From Neoechinorhynchus agilis (taxonomy: Eukaryota; Animalia; Acanthocephala): 64,000 nt of DNA. The notes under the pieces are model-generated. The model worked only from the letters and a program-made list of their open reading frames with translations. It did not search any database and was not told the DNA's origin. The stretch is taken from contig CM121341.1 in assembly GCA_051530055.1 (NCBI GenBank), positions 16,160,784-16,224,783 on the forward strand, written 5' to 3'. This document shows, in pieces, positions 23,801 through 34,271 of this stretch. Every line of letters begins with the position of its first letter. Positions within the stretch are counted from its first letter, which is position 1. The position numbers and the translations under genes were made by a program.

Positions 23801-25250
23801 TTTACAGATACATAGACGAACTGCTTTCATTGCCCATTGAAATGGGTCACGTAAAGCTTCTTTTGAACCCACATTTTGATATTTTAATAGATCCTGAACT
23901 TGCGCATAGATATCCTGTAAAATTGGAACGGAATGGTAACTCACTAATAGTGAGTGTTTTTGAAAGTGAATATTCGAATATATGTCGACGCCGTTCGTCG
24001 CAATGTAAAGGAAATGTACAGAGTGCGTTCTTATCGAAAGCGATTCTTCGTTTCGAAGATGCCTATTGTTTTCCACATAGGTTCGTAATTTAGGTGATTT
24101 CATATAAGTAGATTTCAATATATAAACTGTAAATTTCTTTTTTCTTTAACGTAGCTTATGAATAACTGTTTAGACGCGATTCGCATCTTTTCTACACATT
24201 GTTTATGTTTACATTTGCCCTAGACTTCACTGAAGCAAGTTCTTGTTTATTGTTTTCTTTGAGCCAAAACTACAAACTGGATACCATCTTCGTTAACAGA
24301 TAATGAAACTGAGATAGCTTGTCGACTATCTCAAATGCATCAATTGCCGTTTAAAGTTGCTTTAAAATTTAATTCTTTGCAAAGTAGTTTGCTTTATAAT
24401 CCACAGTGAATGACAACCATCGAAAAATTCCTTCTCTTTTCGAACCATTCCGATAATTACGCTCTCTCCAAGAAGGAACACATCAGATGAAAGCGATCGG
24501 AGTGATCGAATTGCAGGCACACCGACGTCGAATTACATAGCTGCCGATACCACAACTAGAGCTGATTTTCCAACTCAAGAAACTGTCGATTCCGATGCCC
24601 CTCAAAAGACGACAGATCCAACTGAAGATGAACTCGTGTATAGTGTACAAACGGAAAAGAAACTAGCATCGAATTCTGTGTATTTTCTTAACGATTTTCG
24701 AGTTAGTTCCATAAAATTGTCGAGCACATACTATAGTAACCGGGACATTAAAGTTCTTACGACAAATCGTTTTCGACGATCTCGAATGGAAAAAAGACGT
24801 AAGATTCGAAAAACCTGGCATCTTAAGCGAAAATGTCATAAATCGTATAAAAAGGAGGAAAACAAAACTGAGAAAGTGCACATGAAAGTATCAACCACCA
24901 ATAGGCCGAAAATAACGAAAAGATGTGAACAAATTTATGGATCGAATTTTTTTCCTAATATCAAATTTAATGCGAAACCAGTGATGTATTTGGACGAAAA
25001 TAAGACTAAATGTTATTTTACCAACATTTTAGAAAAAGACGATATCTACAACACGGAGTCAGGTAAAACTCGACGTTATTCGTTTCCTGATTTCGAGAGA
25101 ATAACAACGGAGGAAATTGAAAAGCTTGTAGCGAATTATAACTGTAAAATTTATCATTTGTATGCAAAACCAGGATCAGTCATTTTATATCGGCTGTTAC
25201 CAAACCTAGTCGATGAAGTAAATGATGACTTCAACAAAACTGAAGAATGA
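20878..25250 (+). CDS. SIN3: Highly divergent SIN3-like corepressor (PAH-like, HDAC-interacting domain, C-terminal domain); multi-exon
   Basis: 21820-22400 reads GSYHDV...C...INHDLVG...EKRSAMDSFYENAL.AI and HRKALFSVYG...ALLQNPRKATVIIMNRLEERIMEW...W...LD, which parallels the Sin3 HDAC-interacting domain. Flanking ORFs 20878-21372, 23413-24093 and 24636-25250 are assigned by position and weak similarity only. Confidence 0.62.
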
Positions 25251-25376
25251 GTGCGTGTTTTGCTTATAATGCATAAATGTCTCTAATGAAGACACTTGTG
25301 TTCATGAGTGCAATTCCGAATGCGCTGCTCTGTGCTTACGTACGCAAACCCGTCAAATTGTATCTAACAAAACCCC

Positions 25377-25620
25377 ACGACCATGAATACGATTTATTGC
25401 CTGTGTACGTTTGTGCAATTCTGCATGTTTTGTTCCGTGTTTAGGTACGCAAATTCTTGAAGCATTAAATAATTTATTCTTAACAACAAAGTATCAAAGA
25501 ATACAAAACGAGCTTATGAGCGAATGCGCACTTAGGTCACGCAAAAACGTGACAGTGTAAAGAAACAAACTGACCGAACCCGAATTCGAACCAATCCCTA
25601 CGACCATGAATACGATTTAT
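25377..25620. repeat. 21-bp direct repeat ACGACCATGAATACGATTTAT, copies 223 bp apart
   Basis: Identical copies at 25377-25397 and 25600-25620. Confidence 0.8.
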
Positions 25621-26055
25621 CGAAAAAGTATCCATGAAACATATTCCGTCAAGAAAAGATTAAACTATTTTGCGGCTTGCTTCATATGATCCCAAATAAG
25701 TCGGTAGGGAATATCTAGTGCCTTTCGGATACCCAAATCGCGGGACGACACAGGCAAGGATGCCCGATGCGGCGCCTCGTCCGACAGCTGAGTATTTTAA
25801 ATTTTGTCGAGGCATGCTTTCATCTATTTTTATGTCTAAAAAATGTATTTTGCGCAGCTCATACAGCAATTTTGGAACGAAGAGGGTGCAGAAACATAGC
25901 ACCGTATAAAGGTAATTGATAAACTTGTCCGCACTTCACAGAAAATTGCGGTTAAATATGGGCAATCTCTGCTTCGACATTAGAATCAAAAATACAGCTT
26001 CCTAGAAGACTTAACCGGTCTAGAGTAATCAATTCCATTCCGGGATCACTCTCGT

Positions 26056-26280
26056 GGTCAACGTTCTCTCTCTCATCGTCAACGTTCTCTTTCTCGTCAA
26101 CCTTCTCTCTCGTCAACTCAATCGTTCAACGTTCTCTCTCATCAGCTCAATCGTTCTCTCTCTCGTCAACTCAACGGTTCTCTCTCCCATCAACTCAAAG
26201 GTTCTCTCTCGCGACAACTCTACGTTCCCCCTCTCGTCAACGTTCTCTCTCTCTCTCGACAACGTTTTCTCTCTCGTCCG
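26056..26280. repeat. Imperfect minisatellite of about 11-12 units [TCAAC..GTTCTCTCTC(G)]
   Basis: Repeated TCAACGTTCTCTCTC-like units of variable length are visible directly. Confidence 0.85.
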
Positions 26281-26284
26281 TCAC

Positions 26285-26930
26285 AAACACTTGCAACCAA
26301 TGCCGAGGCCAAAGCGTCCAACCACCCAGCCCAAATATTTGTCGCAAGTACTTGGGCAGCAGGCAGGAAATTCATTTGCGGTTTCTGCACTGCCGCCTGG
26401 CTCAAACCGTGTTCTCCGGTTTCCCACCCCCCCTTCCCAATACTAATCACTCCCAAACCCCTAATCCCCGCCCCTTCCATCTTCAGTTTCCCCACCCCAA
26501 ACCTCCTCTTCTCCCTCGCTTCACTCTTTAAATACTTTCCACCTACCTAGCTGTCGGCGCCCTCAAAGACCCCTATCCACATTCAAATTCGACTTCTCCC
26601 GCATACCCCTCTTCCCTCGTCCCTGCATTCTAAGTCTCACTCTGCTACACCATTAAAACCGAACCCCCTTCCTCCTCGGCCTCATCTAAATCCCCCACCT
26701 CCTCTCTAGCACCCCGTACTGCTAGAAAAAAACCATAAACCCCTCCCATCCTTCTACGATTACGTTTCAGCGTTAGCCCAATCAAAACCTTCTACTTTCG
26801 CTCCCGTACCTCGATTTTCCAGTAAAAAGCACACACCCCTATCATCCTTCAACGACTACATTAAGCATCTCTCGCCTCGTAAACTAACTCCTCCTAAACC
26901 CCTCTCATCCCTGCCTCCACCCGAATATTC
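26285..26930 (+). mobile_element. Probable decayed ORF1 region of a CR1/L2-like LINE (PHD-like cysteines, Pro-rich)
   Basis: TCNQC and FICGFC fragments in different frames, followed by C-rich Pro/Ser coding-like sequence. Confidence 0.35.
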
Positions 26931-27049
26931 AGTCGGGGGATGTCCGTTCGGGTGAGAATATGCCCGTTCGTTCGAGAATATCCGGATGCGTTGGAAGGTC
27001 CGTTCTGGTGGGAATTAGTGGTTATTGTATGCAGGGGCGCTTGTAAGAT

Positions 27050-27360
27050 TGGTCTTTTCTCAGGTTCATTTCAAGTTATGATATCAGAGAAGATTGGGCA
27101 GCATGGTAAAAAGAGCCTAGGTGTAGGGAGGTGCGAGGTGGGTTGATAGGCGTTTTGATTGCTTTATGAAAATAGTATCAAGGCATTCGGTGAGAGGGGG
27201 AAGTCAGTAGTGCAAATTATAGGTGCTTTTTATGAAACATTTCAAGACGACAGATTTGAGATTTGGATAGGTTGCAGAAGACGGGATAACCGTAAGTGAG
27301 GGAGGGTAAATAAAGCAGAAGTAAAATTTGGATAGATCGGGTAAAGGGATTCCTAAATGC
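27050..27360 (-). mobile_element. Decayed 3' ORF2 remnant of an L2/CR1-like LINE
   Basis: The minus strand gives an RLEMFHKK-like segment similar to the 8420-8860 remnant; otherwise full of stops. Confidence 0.3.
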
Positions 27361-27448
27361 CGGAGGCGTCTGACCTCTTTATAGTTGATAAATCGACTAA
27401 TGAATAAGTTTCATTGTTGGAAAGACTAGAGCTTGCTAATTATCATGT

Positions 27449-27781
27449 GGATAGCTCAAATTGAAAAGATATTTCATCATTGTTTTATTCGAGTGGAGAA
27501 AGTAATTAAATTTAATTAAAAATTAAATATTTCGATCCTCTATCTCGGATCTTCTTCAGTATCTGAAAAACACAAACAGGGATTGTCATTCACTTAGTGT
27601 CTAATAATATCCGGCGGAAGTCTCAATCTCAGCTTGAAATCCGACTTGTTGCCATTGAACGTTTCGAAAGCATCTATGTAGAGGGCTTCCACGAGGATAT
27701 TATTAGACACTAAGTGATTGACAATCCCTGTTTGTGTTTTTCAGATACTGAAGAAGATCCGAGATAGAGGATAGCTCAAAT
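27449..27781 (-). mobile_element. 5'-truncated Penelope-like insertion with inverted 3' end, minimal hammerhead and 13-bp TSD
   Basis: 78-bp inverted arms at 27535-27612 and 27695-27772. The minus-strand spacer encodes LVEALYIDAFETFNGNKSDFKLRLRLPPDIIRH*, homologous to the C-terminus of the 40657-41979 PLE ORF. TSD GGATAGCTCAAAT at 27449-27461 and 27769-27781. Confidence 0.85.
27522..27562 (-). ncRNA. Minimal type I hammerhead ribozyme motif
   Basis: CUGAAGA-A-GAUCC-gagauaga-GGAUC-GAA-AUAU-U: catalytic core, 5-bp helix II, palindromic helix III; helix I is only about 2 bp. Confidence 0.65.
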
Positions 27782-27889
27782 CTCATCATCCTTTAAATAA
27801 TGAAAGATGACAATGTGCATTGTTATAGTATATTTAAAATTTAAAAAGTTGAGGTTAGACCTTATGCTTTTTAACATCAGAATTTTTTC

Positions 27890-28700
27890 CTTATTCACGA
27901 AAGTACCATTGGACTCAGCGATCACATTTGCCATTCCCATACTTCAACGCAATGTGGAAGGCTGTAATTAAGCTGAATCTGAATGGAAGCAACTCTTACA
28001 CATGTGCACGAGTAACATGAATTTCAACTTCGACGGTAAGAGCTATGATCAGGTAGATGGATTGCCCATGGGGAGTCCTTTTACACCAGTTATCGCCGAA
28101 TTGTTCATGCGTTGTTACAAGCCTACCGGGTGTGAAATTCTGGCAGAGATACGTTGATGATTCGTTTATCTTAGTCGATGAAACCACAGAACCGGAAAGT
28201 TTTTCTCACGTGCTGAATTCCAAAGCAGAGCAACATCCAATGGACCGTGGACTCGGAGAATCATAATGCGATCCCTTTTTTGGACGTGTTGATAACGCAA
28301 AAAGGAGCGGAATTTGAGACCGCTGTATACAGGACGATTGTTATACCGACTGACATTGCCCCTTTCATTACAATGGCACCAATTGAATGTAAAATAACTA
28401 GGATAAAGTCGCTATTTGATCGTGCATACAACTATTGCTCCAACCAAGATTCCTCAACGAGGAACATGAATTTCTTTGGAGCATGCTCAAAGGAAAGGGC
28501 TATCCAATCTAAATGATAAGAAGAGCTAGTTGCAGGGCCTTCTATGCAAAGAAAAATATGTGCAAGAAATCAAAACAAAAAGCCTTCATAGGTGCACCAT
28601 TCGTCGACGAGTTCTTCACTACAATTAACAACCTGATCAAAGGAGGTGTGTTCAAAGACATCGAGTGTCATATCTACACTGTGAAAAGTGGTATGTGGGC
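27890..28700 (+). mobile_element. Decayed Penelope-like RT remnant
   Basis: YDQVDGLPMGSP, FWQRYVDDSF, AIPFLDVLI and RIKSLFDRAYNYCSN fragments with frameshifts. Confidence 0.85.
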
Positions 28701-28729
28701 TAAACCAACAATTTACAAAGGAAACGGTC

Positions 28730-28990
28730 GAAAGAACGGATGTAGCGATCCCCCGTTGCACAGCCAGGCTTATGTGTTGTAGGAGGAATGCTCCTGCAAT
28801 CGGATCGCCAGTGATTCGTCTGATTCTCTTGGACAATTGTTTGACCAGGTCCTGTGTCGCAGTACAAAACGACCCGAGTGTCTCGACGCCAAAGGAAAGA
28901 AATAATGATTTCGACCCAAGTCCCAGAATTTGGTCTTTTTGCGGTCTTCAGCGGCGTTTGCTGCTATTTTATTACGGTAGTATAACTCAG
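28730..28990 (-). mobile_element. Short 3' fragment of a CRE-clade element (RLE C-terminus)
   Basis: AANAAEDRKKTKF...HYFFP and RITGDPIAGAFLLQHISLAVQRG.ATSVL, frameshifted. Confidence 0.8.
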
Positions 28991-30846
28991 TCACGAACTT
29001 TAGACTGAAAATGGGGAAAAATATGATCAAGAAAGTATCTTCGAATGAGTGCAAGAATCTCAGGAAACGTAACCCTCATTTCATCAAATGAGGTGGCGTA
29101 ATTGTCCAGTTTTTAGAGCTTCAATCAGATTACGTCGATACATAGAGCACGTTGAGCTAAAAACCGTAGCTTCAATCAGCTTATCCAATTTGAACACTAG
29201 TATCGTGAGAAACATAAAAAGTTCATTCGTCGATATAAAATTAAAGTTCGTGTAATACATTTGTTTTGTATCACCACAAATTGTATAGTAAATTTAAGAC
29301 AACAAACATGCTTAATCGCAATATTGGAGCTCAGACGAATGCTAAACGAGAACAGAGTATGAACAATCAAGTGATAAAGTCAAACTTAAGAATTTAGTCA
29401 CCATGTTTTTTCGGTGTATTGCGTATAAGGAGTGCCTTCTGATTCTCATCAACTATTGAAAAACCCAAAATTATTTCTGGTGCTTTAAACGAAGAATAAT
29501 ATGGCGCCTAGATCCATATGGATCCCTTCTTTGAATTTCCGACGAAACTTTCGATAGTACATTTGAGAGGAAAAGTCAATAAATTATAGAATTTTACAAC
29601 TTCGCCTTCCAGTGTGAATGTGGTACAATGTTAAAAACCAGCGATTCTATCGTATTCTTATATAGAAAAGCTATTTTTTGGAATCACAGCCTCCTTTTAT
29701 ACAGAGGATCAATAATCCGTTTTCCCCAATACGCCACTGGCCTATCGTACTCTATGTGTGAACTGATGAATCTTCCATATTTCTCACAGATGCAATTAGT
29801 GGTCATTGCGCTTTGAACGGAAGTTAACTCTCTAACCGCTTGCTTGGCTTTTCTCAAAGCTCCAACTTGAGGATGAGTTCTGTTGTTAATGCCGATTTGC
29901 TCAGTCAGTGACGCTTTATCGATTTGATCGATTACATAGTTAATGTATTCGTCTCTGGCATCATCTACAGATCACCGATTCTAACAGTACGCCAGTGAGA
30001 TTCGATGCTTTAAAGCAAGGATACTTTGTCTAATAACTTCAGATTTGACATCGTGTGCAATCTGGAAGTTACGATCCGGTCGCCCGTGATATCTGATTAA
30101 CAGATAACTAAATTACAATCAATATCTTTAGCAAAAGAGTGTTAGATGTCCTCGTTCATACTTGGCGAATCCTTCGTAGGGTTTTCGAGAGTAACTGCGA
30201 AAGGGCGTTGGGGTTATTCTCCGGCCAAGATTTTCATATTCCCGAATCATTCCGCCATTAGTCACAATGCATTTAGTAACACGCTTAATTGATTCTATAA
30301 GTGCTGGCTATGTGAACATGTTAATGAATGACGTATAAAACGATTCGAATGAAAAGCTTACCCTTTCAAGGTCGGCTATGATGCAAAACATTTCGTAAAA
30401 AACCATAATGATCTGGAATTGATAATCGAGTGAAGTCGAGTAATCAATTTAACACGCAAAATGAGCCAATCATGGACGTGGAAAACAACATTCACAAGAA
30501 CAAAAACTATATAAAAAACGAAGCGAGAAAAGGGTTTTATTCATTCGAATCCAAGGTAATTCATACCATTAGTTTCATACTGCCGTTTACAATACCAGCA
30601 TACTTACTTTGTCTCCGCTCTAAACTACAAACATGAGAAAATTTGAATTACCGCGATTAACATAGAACACAAGCTTTTATGCAACAAAAATAAGCTTGAT
30701 ATAACTAGTGTAAAGGAGATTGAAATTTTCTGAGAAAAACATAATTTGCCGACATAGGCGAAAATATACGAACGCCATTAAGTCTAACGAAAAGCGCCTC
30801 ATGCGACGAAATAGAATACTGAGGCATCCAGGAAAAGCGTAGCATC

Positions 30847-31099
30847 ATTAAGTATTTCTGTAAAGATATTCTCCATTATAGTTTGTTTCAATAGCGAAGA
30901 TTGTATCACTTAAATTTATTGAAAATTTTCGGCCTTTTCGTTGGCCTTCTTCAGTCACTTGTTTCGCAAGTTTTTCACGACGCTGAAGTGAAAAACTTGC
31001 GAAACAAGTGACTGAAGAAGGCCAACGAAAAGCCCGAAAATTTTCATATAATACATTTAATTGATACAATCTTCGCTATTGAAACAAATTAAGTATTTC
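30847..31099 (-). mobile_element. Miniature PLE-end hairpin (~97-bp arms, 9-nt loop) with a hammerhead motif in both arms and a 12-bp TSD
   Basis: 30882-30978 is the reverse complement of 30988-31088 with one divergent patch. Direct repeat ATTAAGTATTTC at 30847-30858 and 31088-31099. Confidence 0.85.
30920..30957 (-). ncRNA. Minimal hammerhead ribozyme motif
   Basis: UGA-CUGAAGA-A-GGCC-aacgaaaa-GGCC-GAA-AAUU-U-UCA: 3-bp helix I, 4-bp helix II, palindromic helix III, then AAUAAA. Confidence 0.7.
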
Positions 31100-32130
31100 A
31101 TAACGAAAAGTTCTAAAGCAACAAAAAACTAAATGACAACACGAAAAATAACAACAAAATTATCAACTTGTACAGCTAATATCTAGTGTGAGAGATAACA
31201 CATTAAAAAAACGATATAAAAACCAAATAGCCAGTAACAATAAAGACGTAAACGAATAGTAAAACATTTGACCACAATAAACTACGGTTTTTTAAACAAA
31301 AAGAAGAATTACAATTTCCGAACGGAAAACGAAAGAAACGAACGCGGAAGAATAAATAAATTAGTGCGCGCATTTGCTTGAAAGGATACATTTCCGATAA
31401 CCCGTATGCGTGGTCGTCCGGTCTTATTCGAGTTCCTGGATCCTAAAATGTGTTTCTATTTTATGTCACGTGTATGCGAAAATAAAGGGGGTTGCGTTTT
31501 CGTATGCTCCTTTTTATGAATTGATGCTTTTAATATGATAATGAATTACTATGCGCTTCAAGCAATTGCGAAGGTATACACAAAACAAAACATCCAGAAT
31601 AATCCAAACGTTCATAATCGATAAATCGTATTTATCATCGTAAGGTTCTGTTTAAAATACTGTTCCGCAAGTTTTCTACTTAATTTCACGTGTATGCGAA
31701 AATTAAGGCGCCTGCCTTTTCACATGCTCGTTTTTATGATTTGATGCTTTGCTAGTAATAATGAATTATCGTGCGCTTCAAGGAATTGCGTAGGAATGCA
31801 CAAAACAAAACATGCAGAATAACCCAAGCGTTCACAATCGATAAATCGTGTTTATCATCGTAAGTTTCTGTTTAAAATACTGTTCCGCAAGTTTTCTACT
31901 CATTTTCACATGTATGCGAAAATTAAGGCGTCTGCCTTTTCACATGCTGGTTTTTATGATTTGATGCTTTGCTAGTAATAATGAATTATCGTGCGCTTCA
32001 AGGAATTGCGTAGGAATGCACAAAACAAAACATGCAGAATAACCCAAGCGTTCACAATCGATAAATCGTGTTTATTATCGTAGGATTTAGTTTTAAAAGT
32101 GCTCAATACTTCATGCGGTTTTCGACGTTG

Positions 32131-33501
32131 ATGGCAGAGGGTGGCAAACGGCCACCCAATTCTTTAAGGATTACTGTGCCTCCCGACAATCGGAGACAAA
32201 TCATCGGCGATTCCATTGATCTTCCGTCAACGGGCGTTGATGAAACAGTGATCTCTGACTCTCCCAATAAATGCGGGGGGTCGGGCCCGACCGAGCAGCG
32301 AGATCAAATGATCTCCCATTTCCAAACAAAAACATATTCAAATGTCTTCTCAGAACATTATCAAGCCCTTCCTTCCAAAGTATGGCCTTTTGTGGTCACC
32401 GTCAAGTCAAACCCTATTCTTCCAAAACAAGTCATGTACGATACTCTCATAGCTCCTTGGGCTCACACACTCAATAACGATGGCATAAAGCGAGTGGATA
32501 AACTAACTTATTTCGCCGGCACCATGCGGATTTATGTCAGCAAATATGAATGGATGTCCAATCTTGTCGAATTCGCCAACTCCAACCTTCCTAATAATCT
32601 CTACACGGTCTCTGCAACCTCGCAAAAGGTCCAATTTCTTGTTCATGGACGCCAACCGGACATGTGCAATGAGGATAGGGATCTTTTCGAATTATCCTTC
32701 GGCTGCACAATTAAATACTTCATCAAATCAAGAAAATCTGGACTTCCAATATCTATTGCAGCGGTTGAGGGTATGAGACATCAGCGTGAGGACGTCTGCA
32801 CCAGCAGACCTCGGGCCTTCAACTGCTTCTCGATCCACTTCACACTGAAATCATTCAGTGAGCAAGGTGATTATGTTTTCCCCCGCTGCAATATATGCCA
32901 GCAATGGGGACACTGGTGCCAAAATTACACAAATCAGACGAATGCCAAATGTTGTCACTGCTCTTGCGTCGAACGCACCTCAGATTGCTGTCCCGATCCA
33001 CTTAAGAGGCATTGCGCCAATTGTCAGGGACCGCACGCTGCTTTCTTCAAAGGTTGCCCAGAGTTCAAGAGATACTGGGCGTGGTTCAAAAATAGGGGTA
33101 ATAATCCCTCTAATTCTCCGGCCCGCAAGTCATTCTATCCAGGCTCCTCTAGCCCGGCTTCAGCTTCGTCTGCTCAGGTCACATCTTTAGTCAATAACCC
33201 AACCTTCACGAATGCGAACTCGACTCCTGTCTCTTCCTACAATCAATTGGTAACCATTGAGCTGCTGGAACGTCGTCTCGAAGAGGCTTGTAACAACATG
33301 CTCACAATTATGCAATCTCGTATTACCGAGGCTTTGGTCACCTTCGAAAGGAAAGTCAGTGTAATGCTAACACGTTTATCGGAACTTCCTATAACACTCT
33401 CCTCGTTTGTCAAGCATCCAAGCTCCTCCGTTCTCAAAAGACCTATATCTATTCAAGACGACGAATTCATATTGCAACGAAAAATGCCCATTCCTTCTTA
33501 G
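32131..33501 (+). CDS. Intact gag-like ORF1 protein with three C-terminal Cys/His knuckles (non-LTR ORF1 type)
   Basis: PRCNICQQWGHWC...KCCHCSC...CC...HCANCQGPHAAFFKGCPEF matches the knuckle array of I/Jockey/R1-group ORF1. ATG at 32131, no stops over 456 codons. Confidence 0.75.
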   Translation: MAEGGKRPPNSLRITVPPDNRRQIIGDSIDLPSTGVDETVISDSPNKCGGSGPTEQRDQMISHFQTKTYSNVFSEHYQALPSKVWPFVVTVKSNPILPKQVMYDTLIAPWAHTLNNDGIKRVDKLTYFAGTMRIYVSKYEWMSNLVEFANSNLPNNLYTVSATSQKVQFLVHGRQPDMCNEDRDLFELSFGCTIKYFIKSRKSGLPISIAAVEGMRHQREDVCTSRPRAFNCFSIHFTLKSFSEQGDYVFPRCNICQQWGHWCQNYTNQTNAKCCHCSCVERTSDCCPDPLKRHCANCQGPHAAFFKGCPEFKRYWAWFKNRGNNPSNSPARKSFYPGSSSPASASSAQVTSLVNNPTFTNANSTPVSSYNQLVTIELLERRLEEACNNMLTIMQSRITEALVTFERKVSVMLTRLSELPITLSSFVKHPSSSVLKRPISIQDDEFILQRKMPIPS

Positions 33502-33524
33502 ACCTTATCATTCACAGAAAATGC

Positions 33525-34271
33525 TTGAACCTGCTAGTTCAAGTAGAGCGACAACGGTCTCTCTTCCACCTAACGGGCCATGATGTCTTAATATGGTCAA
33601 TCGGCTCCAACAATACACTTAGGAGAGTCCTTCATTTGTCTCCTCTGAACATCGCTCTGTTCAGATCGGTTAATTACTCACTTCTCTCTCATCGCTCTGT
33701 TTTAGACAACAATCTAAATTACGCCCTCAGTCATATTAACAGTATTATCAATACCACAGCTTATCTGTTTCTCTACCAGCCACAAAGAGTTTTTCCTAGG
33801 CCTTATGACAGCAAATCTTTTCGATTTATTGGGCGTCAATTATATCAAGCCAAAATTCGTAGAGATGCTTTTCTTGTCAAAATGCGCTCTAGACATTATT
33901 GGGCTGCCCGACGTCGACAACAATTGGCATCCGACCGCGCTGTCCTAAAGTCTTTACAACCATTCTCCTCGATGTGGTGGAATACGGTTTCTAGGAAGAA
34001 GTTTATCAGTTGGAGATCGAGGCTCACCTCCTGGTTGAAAACATCATCTATGGATCATATACTCTCGTCTATCTTTGATTTTCATGCCTCCTCTTCCTCT
34101 AAAAACATCACACCGCCAGTCATTTTTAGGAGACTAATTCGTAATCGATCTGATTTAAATCAATCTCATATTGCCAAAATTTTTCCCTATATCCAAAATT
34201 GTCCTCATCCAACAGCACCTCATGGACCAAATGCAACTCTCTGCTTTCTCGGGATTGCGTCCTCCTTATAG
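33525..34271 (+). CDS. Unknown ~248-aa ORF downstream of the gag-like ORF; no RT or APE motifs
   Basis: Open frame of 747 nt starting 24 nt after the ORF1 stop. The nearest ATG (33521) is in another frame. Weak SGNH-like 'VLIWSIGSNN'. Confidence 0.4.
   Translation: MNLLVQVERQRSLFHLTGHDVLIWSIGSNNTLRRVLHLSPLNIALFRSVNYSLLSHRSVLDNNLNYALSHINSIINTTAYLFLYQPQRVFPRPYDSKSFRFIGRQLYQAKIRRDAFLVKMRSRHYWAARRRQQLASDRAVLKSLQPFSSMWWNTVSRKKFISWRSRLTSWLKTSSMDHILSSIFDFHASSSSKNITPPVIFRRLIRNRSDLNQSHIAKIFPYIQNCPHPTAPHGPNATLCFLGIASSL

Noticed and set aside
29400-30320. Possible hAT transposase remnant on the minus strand
   Set aside because: Only vague fragments (CIVTNGGM, VAYWG) amid many stops; no TIRs found.
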